Below are positions 1 through 10,591 of a stretch of DNA of 64,000 nucleotides, in pieces. The number at the start of each line of letters is the position of its first letter. Positions within the stretch are counted from its first letter, which is position 1. Source of the DNA: Anaeromyxobacteraceae bacterium. GTDB lineage: Bacteria > Myxococcota > Myxococcia > Myxococcales > Anaeromyxobacteraceae. The notes below the pieces were generated by a model. It saw only the letters and a list, made by a program, of their open reading frames with translations, did not search any database and had not been told where the DNA came from. The stretch spans positions 1,696,001 to 1,760,000 of the forward strand of contig JASGHJ010000002.1 in the NCBI GenBank assembly GCA_047602405.1, in the 5' to 3' direction. The position numbers and the translations under genes are program-made.

Positions 1-2
1 CG

Positions 3-131
3 GACGACTACTGCCGCTACGTGGAGAACCGGTTCCGGGATGCTTTCGGGCTCGAGGTCCCGATGCTGCTCGTCTTCAAGGAGCGGCGCCGCGAGCGGCG
101 GCGGAACCCGCACCGGGACCGGAAGGAATAG
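3..131 (+). CDS. der: 3' end of ribosome biogenesis GTPase Der/EngA (partial)
   Basis: Frame 3 reads DDYCRYVENRFRDAFGLEVPMLLVFKE...*, resembling the Der C-terminal KH-like tail; lies next to yfgM/bamB-like genes. Confidence 0.7.
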   Translation, partial: DDYCRYVENRFRDAFGLEVPMLLVFKERRRERRRNPHRDRKE

Positions 132-262
132 CCGCTCCGGCGGTTACACGGTCCAGTGTCTCCTTGACCGGCCGGGGGGACTCCCCCTAGATTGTCGCGG
201 ATTTTCTTCGAGATTTTCGCCCGCCGCCCCGCGACCCCGGGGCCGCACCGACGCGAGGAACC

Positions 263-988
263 ATGAGCAAGACCGCCGAGCTGAGCCGCAAGGACATGAA
301 GGAGCCCGACCGCTTCCAGGTGGTCGCCACCCAGGCGGCCGGCTGGATCGGCGCGCACCGCCAGCAGGTGACCCTGCTCGGCGCGGCCGTGGTGCTCGTC
401 TTCGTCGTGGTCGGCGCCGTGTCGCTCATCCAGTCGTCCCGCGCCGAGCACGCCGGCACCGAGGGCGCCGCGCTCCTCGCCGCCGTCTCCGCCGACGTCT
501 CCTCGATCCCGCTCCCCGGGGCGACCGGCAAGACCTTCCCGGACGAGGCCTCGAAGCAGAAGGCGATCATCGCCGAGGCCGAGAAGGTGCTGAAGGACTA
601 CCCGGCGAGCCCCCCGGCGGCGCTCGCGCTGCTCGCGAAGGGCGACGCGCACTTCCGCCTCGGCGAGATGGAGCCGGCCCAGAAGGCCTACGAGCAGTAC
701 CTGGCGCTCACCGACCCGAAGGACTCGCTGCGCTTCGGCGCGCTCGAGGGGCTCGCGCTCGTGGCCGAGTCGAGGAGCGATTCCGACGGCGCGGCGGCGG
801 GCTGGGCCCGCCTCGGCAAGGAGGCCCCGGAGTTCGCGGACCGCGCCGAGCTCGAGGGCGCGCGGGTCCTCGCGAAGGCCGGCAAGAAGGCCGACGCGAA
901 GAAGCTCCTCGAGGGCTTCGGCGAGCGGCACCCGACCTCGTTCCTCACCCCGCAGGCCACGAAGGCCCTCGGAGCGCTCGCTCCGTGA
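263..988 (+). CDS. YfgM-like membrane-anchored TPR protein
   Basis: N-terminal KEPDRF motif, single TM helix, TPR-like helices; GAGG RBS; upstream of BamB-like gene. Confidence 0.75.
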   Translation: MSKTAELSRKDMKEPDRFQVVATQAAGWIGAHRQQVTLLGAAVVLVFVVVGAVSLIQSSRAEHAGTEGAALLAAVSADVSSIPLPGATGKTFPDEASKQKAIIAEAEKVLKDYPASPPAALALLAKGDAHFRLGEMEPAQKAYEQYLALTDPKDSLRFGALEGLALVAESRSDSDGAAAGWARLGKEAPEFADRAELEGARVLAKAGKKADAKKLLEGFGERHPTSFLTPQATKALGALAP

Positions 989-2082
989 TGCTCCCGGTCG
1001 CCCTCGCGCTCTCGCTCACGGCGTCCTTCGGGCCGGGCAACCGGGCCACGCTGCCGGCGGCTCCCCGGGAGCTCTACCGCATCGCGTGGCGGCGCCCGTT
1101 CGTCGAGCCGGTGGCGCTCGAGTGGCACCCCATCGAGGCGGGCGGCGTCGCGGCGGATCCGGCGCGCGGGCTCGCCGTCTTCGGCACGCGCGACGGCTGG
1201 CTGCACGCGGTCAGGAAGGACCGCTCCCTCGCCTGGGAGTACAAGGCGAGCGCCGGGTTCGCCGGGCCGCCGACCATCGCGGGCGACACGGTCTACGTGG
1301 GCGCGCGGGACGGCCGCCTGTACGCGTTCGCGCTCGACGGCGGGAAGCTCCGCTGGAGCTACGACACGAACGAGGAGCTCGGGACGCGGCCGGTGCTCGC
1401 GAACGGCCTCGTCTACGTGGCGAGCCTCCAGGACACCGTCTTCGCGGTCGACGCGGCGACCGGCGCGTTCAAGTGGCACCACCGCCGCGAGGCGCGGAGC
1501 GGCTTCTCGATCCGCGGGGCGGCCGACGTGCAGGTCGGCGACGGCCGCGTCTACGGCGGCTACTCCGACGGCGCCGTGCTCGCCCTCGACGCCGCCACCG
1601 GGCGGGTCCTGTGGGAGCGGATCGTCGCCCCGCCGGGCGAGCAGATTGACGTGGATGGGCTCGCGCTCGCCGACGGCAAGCTCTACGCGGCCGCGTACTC
1701 GGGCGTGGTCGCGGCGCTCGACCCGAAGACCGGCGCGACGCTCTGGACCACCCGGCTGCCCGGCGCGCACGTCGTCACCGCCGCGAAGGGGCTCGTGTTC
1801 GTCGTCAGCCCGGACGCGGTGACCGCGCTCGGCACGAGCGACGGCGCCAAGGTCTGGGAGGCGAAGATGGACGCCGCCGCCGCGGGCTCGCCGATCGTGG
1901 TGGGCCGGTGGCTCGCGGTGCCGGCCGGCCTCGCGGGGCTGCGCTGGATTGAGATCGCGTCGGGGAAGACCTTCCGGATCCTCGACGGCGGCGAGGGCGT
2001 CTCCGGCCCTCCCGCGGTCGCCGGCGGCCGGGTCTACGTGCTCTCGAACGGCGGCGCGCTCCTCGCGCTCGACCTGGGGTGA
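988..2082 (+). CDS. PQQ-like beta-propeller protein (BamB-like)
   Basis: ATG overlaps the upstream TGA; signal peptide; repeated AxDxxTGxxxW propeller motifs. Confidence 0.8.
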   Translation: MLPVALALSLTASFGPGNRATLPAAPRELYRIAWRRPFVEPVALEWHPIEAGGVAADPARGLAVFGTRDGWLHAVRKDRSLAWEYKASAGFAGPPTIAGDTVYVGARDGRLYAFALDGGKLRWSYDTNEELGTRPVLANGLVYVASLQDTVFAVDAATGAFKWHHRREARSGFSIRGAADVQVGDGRVYGGYSDGAVLALDAATGRVLWERIVAPPGEQIDVDGLALADGKLYAAAYSGVVAALDPKTGATLWTTRLPGAHVVTAAKGLVFVVSPDAVTALGTSDGAKVWEAKMDAAAAGSPIVVGRWLAVPAGLAGLRWIEIASGKTFRILDGGEGVSGPPAVAGGRVYVLSNGGALLALDLG

Positions 2083-2468
2083 AGCGGGTCCTCGTCGTCG
2101 CCGCGGTCGTGCGGCGCGGGGACGAGATCCTCGTCTCGCGGCGCCCCGACCGGCCGGGCAAGCCCGGCCAGTGGGAGTTCCCGGGCGGCAAGGTCGAGGC
2201 CGGCGAGGGCGAGCCGGAGGCGCTCCGGCGCGAGCTCCAGGAGGAGCTCGGCTGCGACGCGCGGGTGGACCGCCTCCTGCTCCGCCACGCCCACCGCTAC
2301 CCCGACCTCGAGGTCGAGCTCGCCTTCTGGGCGTGCACGCTGCTCGGAGCGCCGCGCGCCATCGGCGTCGCGGAGCTCGCCTGGGCGCGCGTGGGCACGC
2401 TCTCGGGCTACGACTTCCTCGAGGCGGACCGGGCGGTGCTGCCCGAGCTCGAGCGGCTGAGCGGCTGA
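2079..2468 (+). CDS. NUDIX hydrolase, MutT/NudG family
   Basis: WEFPGGKVEAGE...ALRRELQEELG Nudix box. Confidence 0.9.
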   Translation: MKRVLVVAAVVRRGDEILVSRRPDRPGKPGQWEFPGGKVEAGEGEPEALRRELQEELGCDARVDRLLLRHAHRYPDLEVELAFWACTLLGAPRAIGVAELAWARVGTLSGYDFLEADRAVLPELERLSG

Positions 2469-2512
2469 TTTCCCGACCGGCTCGAGCGGCCGAGCGGCCC
2501 GGCGCCCCCTCG

Positions 2513-3049
2513 CTACCTGCGCCGCTTCGCCTTCTTCTTCTCGCCCTTCGCCGGGGCGGCCTTCTCGCCCGCGACGAGGAAGGGCAGGGAGAGCGGCTCG
2601 AGGGCGTGGCCCTCCGCGTCGTGGACCTCCCGGCTGGAGGCGCCGTCGAGGCGCAGCTGGTAGGCGGTGCCCGACGCGAGCGGGGCAGCCGGGGTGAGGA
2701 GGAGCGTCGTGCGCGCCCCGAGCTCCCGGGCGCCCTCGGAGGCCACCAGCGCGTCCCCGCCGTCCAGGAGCGAGAGCCGGGCGTCGGCGAGGCGGCCCTC
2801 GAGGACCACCCGGAACGTGCTCGCGGCGTGGACGACGGGCTGCGGCTCCGCGAGCAGGGGGACGGTGCGCCCCCCGGGCTCCGCGGCCACGCCCTCGACG
2901 ACGAGCGCGCGGAGCGTGGGCGGCGGCTTCGGAGGCGGCGCCGGGGCGGGCGCGGGCACCGCGACCAGCGGCGCCGCGGGCGTACCGTCGGTACAGGCGA
3001 GGAGGGTGGCCAGGGCGAACGCCGCCGGGGCGAAGGTCGGTGTGCGCAT
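2513..3049 (-). CDS. Hypothetical lipoprotein with Ig-like domain
   Basis: Lipobox LLAC, Pro-rich linker, LTPAAPLASGTAYQL Big_5-like motif. Confidence 0.55.
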   Translation of the reverse strand: MRTPTFAPAAFALATLLACTDGTPAAPLVAVPAPAPAPPPKPPPTLRALVVEGVAAEPGGRTVPLLAEPQPVVHAASTFRVVLEGRLADARLSLLDGGDALVASEGARELGARTTLLLTPAAPLASGTAYQLRLDGASSREVHDAEGHALEPLSLPFLVAGEKAAPAKGEKKKAKRRR

Positions 3050-3204
3050 GGAGGCCGGGAGGCTAGCACGAGGCGGCGGCGGCGGCGCGCGGGACCCGGG
3101 TGGGCGGCAACCCCGCGTCGACCCGCGGGATGACCGGGGCTCCGGCTGGTACGGGACATGCTCCGCACGGGCCCGCAGCCCCACCTCACCTGGAGTGACC
3201 TTCG

Positions 3205-3885
3205 ATGTCCTTCACCCCCCGACTGACCGTCGTCCTCGCCGTCCTCGCCCTCGCGTCCGGCGTCCGCGCCAGCGAGGAGCACGCCGCGGGCGGCGCCGCC
3301 GCCGCCGCCCAGCAGGCGCTGACCGAGCTCAAGGAGGGCAACGCGCGCTTCGTCGCCGGCCGTGCCGGCCACCCGCACGAGAACCACGGCCGCGTGGAGG
3401 AGGTGGCGAAGGGCCAGCACCCGCGGGCCATCGTGCTCGGCTGCTCCGACTCGCGCGTGCCGCCCGAGGTCGTCTTCGACGAGGGCATCGGCGACCTCTT
3501 CGTGGTCCGGGTCGCCGGCAACGTCTCCGAGCCCGCGACGCTCGCCTCGGTCGAGTATGCGGCCGAGCACCTGAAGGTCCCGCTCATCGTCGTGCTCGGC
3601 CACGAGCGCTGCGGCGCGGTGAAGGCCACCGCCGAGGCGAAAGGTGAGGTCCCGGGCAACATCGGCAAGCTCGTCCAGGAGCTCCAGCCGCCGGTCGAGG
3701 CCGCCCGCAAGCACCCCGGCAAGCGCGGCCTCGTCGACGACGCGGTGCACGTGAACGTCGTCTACGTGGCCGACCAGCTCCAGATCGAGAGCCCCGTCCT
3801 CCGCGAGATGGTCGAGAAGGGCGAGGTCAAGATCGTCACGGGCGTGTACGGGATCGAGACCGGCAAGGTCGAGTGGGGTGAGTAA
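3205..3885 (+). CDS. Secreted beta-class carbonic anhydrase
   Basis: CSDSRV and HERCGAV zinc-binding motifs; signal peptide; GGAG RBS. Confidence 0.92.
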   Translation: MSFTPRLTVVLAVLALASGVRASEEHAAGGAAAAAQQALTELKEGNARFVAGRAGHPHENHGRVEEVAKGQHPRAIVLGCSDSRVPPEVVFDEGIGDLFVVRVAGNVSEPATLASVEYAAEHLKVPLIVVLGHERCGAVKATAEAKGEVPGNIGKLVQELQPPVEAARKHPGKRGLVDDAVHVNVVYVADQLQIESPVLREMVEKGEVKIVTGVYGIETGKVEWGE

Positions 3886-3923
3886 GGCTGGCGAGCGGGC
3901 CGGCCGTCGGCCATGATCGGCGG

Positions 3924-4733
3924 ATGACCGGCTCCCTCCACCTCGCCTCGCTCGTCGGGTCGTTCCTCGCGCTGATCGCGCTGGGGGCGGGCTGCGCCGC
4001 CATGGCCGGGCGCGACGCGCACGTGCCGACCGGCTTCATCTTCGAGACGCTCGAGGACGGCGGCCGGGCGTACCGGTACGCCGTCTACGTGCCGCGCGGC
4101 TACGATCCCGGCCAGGCGTGGCCCCTCGTGCTCTTCCTGCACGGCCAGGGCGAGAGCGGTACCGACGGGACCCGCATGGTCATCCAGGGGCTCGGCTCGG
4201 CGATCCAGTGGGATCCCGCCTCGTGGCCGGGGATCGTGGTCTTCCCCCAGAAGCCGACCGAGAACACCGAGTGGGAGCAGCACGAGCCCGCGGTGATGGC
4301 GATGGTCGCCCGCGCCCGCGCCCGCTACCGGATCGATCCCGACCGGATCTACCTCACGGGGCTCTCCCAGGGCGGTCATGGCTCCTGGGTCCTCGGGGCC
4401 CGCCACCCCGAGCTCTGGGCAGCGGTGGTGTCGATCTGCGGCTACGCGCGCGGAACCCCGGAGTACGCGACGCCGGGCCACGCGCCGCCGTTCACCGGCG
4501 GTCCCGCCGAGCTCGCCGGGAAGCTGCGGGGGGTGCCGTTCTGGGCGTTCCACGGGGAGGTGGACGACGTCGTCCCGCCCCAGGAGACGCGGGACCTCGT
4601 CGCGGCCGTGCGGGCCGCGGGCGGGCAGCCGAAGATGACGATCCTGCCGGGCGTGAACCACGGCGCGTGGGATCCAGCCTACCGGGACCCGGAGCTGCCG
4701 CGCTGGCTCTTCGCCCAGCGGAAGCAGCGCTGA
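3924..4733 (+). CDS. Alpha/beta hydrolase (esterase/peptidase)
   Basis: LFLHGxGE, GLSQGG nucleophile motif, FHGEVDDVV, terminal His. Confidence 0.85.
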   Translation: MTGSLHLASLVGSFLALIALGAGCAAMAGRDAHVPTGFIFETLEDGGRAYRYAVYVPRGYDPGQAWPLVLFLHGQGESGTDGTRMVIQGLGSAIQWDPASWPGIVVFPQKPTENTEWEQHEPAVMAMVARARARYRIDPDRIYLTGLSQGGHGSWVLGARHPELWAAVVSICGYARGTPEYATPGHAPPFTGGPAELAGKLRGVPFWAFHGEVDDVVPPQETRDLVAAVRAAGGQPKMTILPGVNHGAWDPAYRDPELPRWLFAQRKQR

Positions 4734-4778
4734 AGAAGCTCCAGGAAGCCACGCCCAGGCGGGAGTCCGTAGCCACCG

Positions 4779-4807
4779 TTGACCCGGATTACGTGCGCAC
4801 GTAACCT
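4779..4807 (+). promoter_or_regulatory. Sigma70 promoter of TA operon with palindromic operator
   Basis: TTGACC-N17-TAACCT; perfect 16-bp palindrome TTACGTGCGCACGTAA at 4789-4804. Confidence 0.7.
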
Positions 4808-4813
4808 GTGTGC

Positions 4814-5035
4814 GTGAACCTGACCTTGTCCGTGGACGATCAGCTCGTCGCCCGTGCGCGCAAGAAGGCCGAGGCGCTCGGGAAGAGCCTCAACCAGCTC
4901 GTGCGCGACTACCTCGAGAAGCTCGCGGGCGATGACGACCCCGCGCGGTGGATCGAGGAGTTCGAGCGGCTCTCGGGCCAGGGGGATTCGAAGGGTTGGC
5001 GGTTCAACAGGGACGAGATCCATGAGCGTTCGTAG
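4814..5035 (+). CDS. RHH-type antitoxin (DUF6364/VapB-like)
   Basis: MNLTLSVDDQLV...SLNQLVRDYL...RDEIHER; overlaps the PIN toxin gene. Confidence 0.8.
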   Translation: MNLTLSVDDQLVARARKKAEALGKSLNQLVRDYLEKLAGDDDPARWIEEFERLSGQGDSKGWRFNRDEIHERS

Positions 5036-5507
5036 CTTCTTCGACACGAACGTCCTCGTGTACGCGGACGACAACCGGCACCCGTCGAAGCAGAGGCGGG
5101 CGATCGCGTTGATCGGACAGCACCGGGCCGCCGGGACCGCGGTGGTATCCCTCCAGGTGCTGCAGGAGTACTACGCGACGGTCACCCGGAAGCTCGGGAT
5201 GGCGGCGGACAGGGCCCGGCGCAAGGTCGAGCTCCTCGGCATGCTCGACGTGGCAGTGCCCGACGTCCCCGACGTGCTGGGAGCGATCGATCTCCACCGG
5301 CTCCACGGCCTCTCGTTCTGGGATGCGATGGTCGTGCATGCGGCGAAGCAAGCCGGCTGCGCCGTGATCCTGACGGAAGATCTCCAGGACGGACGGGAGC
5401 TCGACGGCGTCCGCGTCGTGAACCCGTTCCGGGGTGACGCTCCCGTGGCGCACGAGCGCACGGCGTCATACCGGTCGAAGGCGCGACCGCGGCGAGGGCG
5501 GCGCTGA
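5022..5507 (+). CDS. vapC: PIN-domain toxin (VapC family)
   Basis: FFDTNVLVY, QVLQEY, SFWDA and TEDLQDG PIN motifs. Confidence 0.88.
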   Translation: MSVRSFFDTNVLVYADDNRHPSKQRRAIALIGQHRAAGTAVVSLQVLQEYYATVTRKLGMAADRARRKVELLGMLDVAVPDVPDVLGAIDLHRLHGLSFWDAMVVHAAKQAGCAVILTEDLQDGRELDGVRVVNPFRGDAPVAHERTASYRSKARPRRGRR

Positions 5508-5512
5508 GACGC

Positions 5513-5959
5513 TCACGCCTGCGGGCCGGCGAGGCGCAGCAGCCGGACCCGTCGGTCGATGCTGCGGAGCTTGAGCGATACCGTCGCGGCGACGACGACC
5601 AGGAACGTGGCCACCACCACGCCGGGGCCGAGGTCGCGACCTGGGAAGAGGCGGCGAAGCTGCTCGGCCACCGAGAGCCCGGCGGTCACCGCGGCGAGGA
5701 GGCCGAGCACGGCACCGCCCAGGACGACCTTCGCGAGCGCACCGCGGTCGCGCGAGCCGCAGCGCGGGCACGCCGCAAGGCGCGCGGCAGCGACGGCGCC
5801 GACCCTGGCGTCGAGCGCGGCGTTCGAGACGGAGACGCCGGCGACACCGAGGCTCGTGCCGCCGACCTGGACGACCGCCTGGGCGAGGTGGCCGCAGCGT
5901 GCGCAGCGGTAGTCGACGCATTCCTCGGTCAGGGCGAAACCGACGCGGACGGGCAGCAT
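5513..5959 (-). CDS. Hypothetical membrane protein with two CxxC motifs
   Basis: CARC and CPRC plus two hydrophobic segments. Confidence 0.5.
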   Translation of the reverse strand: MLPVRVGFALTEECVDYRCARCGHLAQAVVQVGGTSLGVAGVSVSNAALDARVGAVAAARLAACPRCGSRDRGALAKVVLGGAVLGLLAAVTAGLSVAEQLRRLFPGRDLGPGVVVATFLVVVAATVSLKLRSIDRRVRLLRLAGPQA

Positions 5960-6032
5960 GCTGCAGCCCACGCTAGCGCACCGACGAGGCGCCATGGCAA
6001 CGCTTCCGGAGCCCCGCCGCCCAGGGGTGCGT

Positions 6033-6060
6033 GGGTCCGATAATGTAGATTATGGTAACT
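6033..6060 (+). other. dif: dif-like XerC/XerD recombination site
   Basis: GGGTCCGATAA-TGTAGA-TTATGGTAACT has the 11-6-11 layout and resembles E. coli dif GGTGCGCATAA-TGTATA-TTATGTTAAAT; AT-rich patch in non-coding DNA. Confidence 0.8.
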
Positions 6061-6152
6061 GGACACGGGGCCCGGGTCGGCACCGGGCCGGCGTGCGTTG
6101 GCGGTGGCTCAGGCGTTCCAGGCGCTTCCGGGGCCTGGCTGCGCGGCGGAGC

Positions 6153-6695
6153 TCAGGCGAGCCCGGTCGGCGGCACGTCGCCGCCCCCACCCTCGTCGGT
6201 GGCGTTGCCCGGGGCTCCGCAGCAGCCGGGCTGCCGCGCGAGGACCTTCACGATGCGCGGCGCGCCGCGGTCGGCGGCGACGGCGCAGGCGCACTGCCGC
6301 GCCGCCTCGAGCGCCGGCCCGCCCTCGAGCCGCGCCTGGATGGCCTGGAGCGCGTCCTGGAGCTCCCGCTTCACCTTGCGGAGCCGGTCGAGCCGCTTCT
6401 GCGCCTGCTCGAGGTGCTCGGCGAGCACGTCCTGGAACCGGGCCGCGAACTCGGCGGCCGTGTGGCAGCCGGCGCGCAGCTCCAGCACCGAGCGGATCTG
6501 CCCGAGCGGCAGCCCCAGCTCGCGCAGATCCGAGATGAGCTTCAGCCGTTCGACGTCGTCCTGCGTGTAGCGGCGGTGCCCGCCTCCGGACACCTCCGCC
6601 GGCACGAGCAGCCGCTGCTCCTCGTAGAAGCGGATCGTCCGCACGGTGTTACCCGTGACCCTGGCGAGGTCGCCCGAGGACAGATCCGCGTGCAC
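6153..6695 (-). CDS. MerR family transcriptional regulator, Cys-rich C-terminus
   Basis: GDLARVTGNTVRTIRFYEE...GGHRRY MerR HTH; C-terminal CAC and CC. Confidence 0.85.
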   Translation of the reverse strand: MHADLSSGDLARVTGNTVRTIRFYEEQRLLVPAEVSGGGHRRYTQDDVERLKLISDLRELGLPLGQIRSVLELRAGCHTAAEFAARFQDVLAEHLEQAQKRLDRLRKVKRELQDALQAIQARLEGGPALEAARQCACAVAADRGAPRIVKVLARQPGCCGAPGNATDEGGGGDVPPTGLA

Positions 6696-6875
6696 GGGGT
6701 TCCGAGTAACGGGCGGTCCCGGCCGTTTCAACGATCGCTTCAGGTTGGACGAGCCCCGAACAAGGGGTGGTATCCGCCTTGACCCGGGCCGATCCCGGCG
6801 ATTAAGGACCGTCTGCAACCGGCTGACGCCTCGTGCCGAAGGCAACGAGGCCACTACCAGCGGAGCAAGGACCCC

Positions 6876-7544
<669 letters not shown>

Positions 7545-7547
7545 GGC

Positions 7548-8690
7548 TCAGCCCTTCAGGAGCTCCCGGGCGATCACGAGCCGCTGCACCTCGCTCGTGC
7601 CCTCGTAGATCGTCTGTACCCGCGCGTCGCGGAAGAGCCGCTCGACCGGGAAGTCCATGGTGTACCCGTAGCCGCCGTGGATCTGCACGGCCTGGCTCAC
7701 CGCCCGCTGCGCGGCCTCGCTCGCCCAGAGCTTCGCCATGGCCGCCTCGGTCGAGAACGGCCTCCCGGCCTCCTTGAGCGCCGCCGCCCGGAGCGCGAGC
7801 AGCCGCGCCGCCTCGTGCTCGGTGGCCATGTCGGCGAGCTTGAACGCGATCGCCTGGTGCTCCGCGATGGGCACGCCGAACGCATGGCGCTCGAGCGCGT
7901 AGCGCCGGGAGAGCTCGAGCGCCGCCCGCATCGTGCCGACCGCCTGCGAGGCGATGCCGATGCGGCCGCCGTCGAGCGCCGAGAGGGCGATCTTGAACCC
8001 CTCCCCCGGCGTCCCGAGCACGGCGTCGTCCCCCACCTCGACGCCCTCGAAGGCGAGGGAGACCGTCGAGGAGGCCCGGATGCCCATCTTCTCCTCGTGG
8101 CGGCCGACCGTGAGCCCCTTCGCGCCGCCCTCCACCGCGAAGGCGGTGATGCCGCGCGCGCCCGGCCCGGCCGAGGTGCGGGCCCACACGACGAGCACGC
8201 CCGCCACGTCGCCGCTCGTGATCCACTGCTTCTCGCCCTCGAGGACCCAGCCGCCGCCCCGGCGGGTGGCGCGCGTGCGCATCGCGGCGGCGTCGGAGCC
8301 GGAGTGCGGCTCGGAGAGCGCGAACGCGCCCGCGACGGCCTCGCCGGACGCGAGGCGCGGCACGAGCCGACGCCGGGTGGCCTCCGGGGCGTAACGGGCC
8401 ACCGTCTCGGCCACCATGTTCGTGACCGCCATCGTGACCGCGACCGCGCAGTCGGCGGCGGCGACCTCCTGGACGGCGAGCGAGTACGCGACGGCGCCCG
8501 CGGCGGACCCGCCGAGCTCCTCCGGCACGTTGACCGCGAGGAGCCCGAGCTCGCCGAGCCCCTTCACGAGCTCGAGCGGGAAGCGGGCGAGCCGATCGTT
8601 CTCGGCGGCGGCGGGCGCGATGCGCTCCCGGGCGTAGGCGCGCGCGGCCTCGGCGACCGCGCGCTGGACGTCGTTGGGCTCCAGGTCCAT
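7548..8690 (-). CDS. Acyl-CoA dehydrogenase
   Basis: FALSEPHSGSD, KQWITSG, IYEGTSEVQR. Confidence 0.95.
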   Translation of the reverse strand: MDLEPNDVQRAVAEAARAYARERIAPAAAENDRLARFPLELVKGLGELGLLAVNVPEELGGSAAGAVAYSLAVQEVAAADCAVAVTMAVTNMVAETVARYAPEATRRRLVPRLASGEAVAGAFALSEPHSGSDAAAMRTRATRRGGGWVLEGEKQWITSGDVAGVLVVWARTSAGPGARGITAFAVEGGAKGLTVGRHEEKMGIRASSTVSLAFEGVEVGDDAVLGTPGEGFKIALSALDGGRIGIASQAVGTMRAALELSRRYALERHAFGVPIAEHQAIAFKLADMATEHEAARLLALRAAALKEAGRPFSTEAAMAKLWASEAAQRAVSQAVQIHGGYGYTMDFPVERLFRDARVQTIYEGTSEVQRLVIARELLKG

Positions 8691-8744
8691 CCGACATGCT
8701 CCTGGCGATGCGGGGCGCCCGGGGCGGCCCCGGTTGCCTGGCGG

Positions 8745-9527
8745 CTAGGCGCCCTTCCACTGCGCGGCGCGCTTCTCGAGGAAGGCCTTCATGCCCTCCC
8801 TCGCGTCGGCGCTGCCGAACAGCGCGGCGAACGCCTGGCGCTCGAGCTCGTTCGCGGCGCCGAGCTCCGGCTCGGACCCGGCGCGCATGATCCGCTTCGC
8901 GACCGCGACCGCCACGGGTCCCTTCCCGGCGATCTTCCTCGCCTGGGCCTTCGCGAACGCGACGAGCTCGGCCCCCGGCACGACCTCCAGCGCGAGCCCG
9001 ATCTCCTTCGCCTTCGCGGCGTCCACCATGTCGCCGGTGAGCACCATCTCCATCGCGCGCCCGAGGCCGATGCGCCGCGGGAGCCGCTGCGAGCCGCCGA
9101 AGCCCGGCACGAGGCCGAGGTTCACCTCCGGCTGGCCGAACTTCGCCCGGTCGGAGGCGTAGACGAGGTCGCAGGCCAGCACCACCTCGCAGCCGCCGCC
9201 GAGCGCGAAGCCGTTCACGGCCGCGATGACGGGCACCGGCAGCCGCTCGAGCCGCTCGAGGACGCCGTGCGCGAGCTCCGCGAACCGGCGCGCCTCGACC
9301 GGCCCCATCTCGCTCATCGCCGCGATGTCCGCCCCCGCCGCGAAGGCCTTCTCGCCCGCGCCGGTGAGCACGAGCGCCCCGACGCCGCGGTCGCGCTCGA
9401 CGATCCCGACGACGTCGGCCAGCTCCTCGAAGACCTTGGTGTCGAGGGCGTTCAGCACCTTCGGGCGGTTGAGCGTCACGACCCCGACGCCGCCCTCGAC
9501 CTCCCACAGGATGTGCTCGTAGGCCAT
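8745..9527 (-). CDS. crt: Enoyl-CoA hydratase (crotonase)
   Basis: AFAAGADI, GFALGGGCE, PEVNLG. Confidence 0.93.
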   Translation of the reverse strand: MAYEHILWEVEGGVGVVTLNRPKVLNALDTKVFEELADVVGIVERDRGVGALVLTGAGEKAFAAGADIAAMSEMGPVEARRFAELAHGVLERLERLPVPVIAAVNGFALGGGCEVVLACDLVYASDRAKFGQPEVNLGLVPGFGGSQRLPRRIGLGRAMEMVLTGDMVDAAKAKEIGLALEVVPGAELVAFAKAQARKIAGKGPVAVAVAKRIMRAGSEPELGAANELERQAFAALFGSADAREGMKAFLEKRAAQWKGA

Positions 9528-9531
9528 GGCG

Positions 9532-10386
9532 CTAGCCCTCGTACCGGTAGAAGCCGCGGCCGGCCTTCCGGCCCACCCAGCCCGCGGCCACGTACTGCCG
9601 GAGCAGCGGCGCCGGCCGGTACTTCGGGTCGCCGAGCTCCTTGTGCAGCACCTCGGCGATGAAGAGGCAGGTGTCGAGGCCGACGAAGTCCGCGAGGGTG
9701 AGCGGGCCCATCGGGTGGTTGAGGCCGAGCTTCACCGCGGCGTCGATGTCCTCCGCCGAGGCCAGGCCCTCCTGCAGCGCGAAGCAGGCCTCGTTGAGGA
9801 GCGGGATCAGGATCCGGTTCACGATGAAGCCGGGCGAGTCCTTCGAGGTCACGACCGTCTTCCCGAACTTCCGGGAGAGGCCGGCCACCGCCTCGTAGGT
9901 CGCCTCCGAGGTCTGGAGCCCCCGGATGATCTCGATGAGGGCCATCACCGGGGGCGGGTTCATCCAGTGCATCCCGATGAAGCGATCGGGCCGCTTCGTG
10001 GTCGCGGCGAGCTTCGTGATCGAGATGGAGCTCGTGTTCGAGGCGAGGATCGCGGTGGGCGCGAGCATCGCGTCGAGCTTCCGGAAGAGCTCGGCCTTCA
10101 CGCCCTCGTTCTCGACGATCGCCTCGACGACGAGGTCGGCCCGGGCGCAGTCGTCGAGCGTCGCGGCCGGCCGGATGCGCCCGAGGGTCGCCTCGCGGTC
10201 GGCGGCGGTGAGCTTGCCCTTCTCGACGAGCTTCCCGAGGGTCGCGCCGAGCTTGTCGACCGCCTTCCTCGCGAGGTCCGCCGACGCGTCGGCGAGCACC
10301 ACCTCGAGGCCGTGCTGCGCCGCCACCTGCGCGATGCCGGAGCCCATCTGCCCGGCACCGATCACCGCCATCCGCTCGATCGCCAT
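9532..10386 (-). CDS. hbd: 3-hydroxybutyryl-CoA dehydrogenase
   Basis: GAGQMG, SNTSS, HWMNP, GFIVNR. Confidence 0.95.
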   Translation of the reverse strand: MAIERMAVIGAGQMGSGIAQVAAQHGLEVVLADASADLARKAVDKLGATLGKLVEKGKLTAADREATLGRIRPAATLDDCARADLVVEAIVENEGVKAELFRKLDAMLAPTAILASNTSSISITKLAATTKRPDRFIGMHWMNPPPVMALIEIIRGLQTSEATYEAVAGLSRKFGKTVVTSKDSPGFIVNRILIPLLNEACFALQEGLASAEDIDAAVKLGLNHPMGPLTLADFVGLDTCLFIAEVLHKELGDPKYRPAPLLRQYVAAGWVGRKAGRGFYRYEG

Positions 10387-10591
10387 GGTGTCGTTCCTCG
10401 TTGTCGACGCGCGCTGCCGGGGTGGGGCCCCGACGATCCCTCGACGAGCTCGGGACCGGCGGGGCGGGGGGCGCCGAGCCCCCCGGCAACGCAGTAGGGC
10501 GCCCCCGCGCCCTTGTCAACGAGCGCGATCGCGTGGGACGATCCCGCCCGACGGCAAGCGCCCGCGCGGGTGCCGCTGCCCTCCCTCCTCG

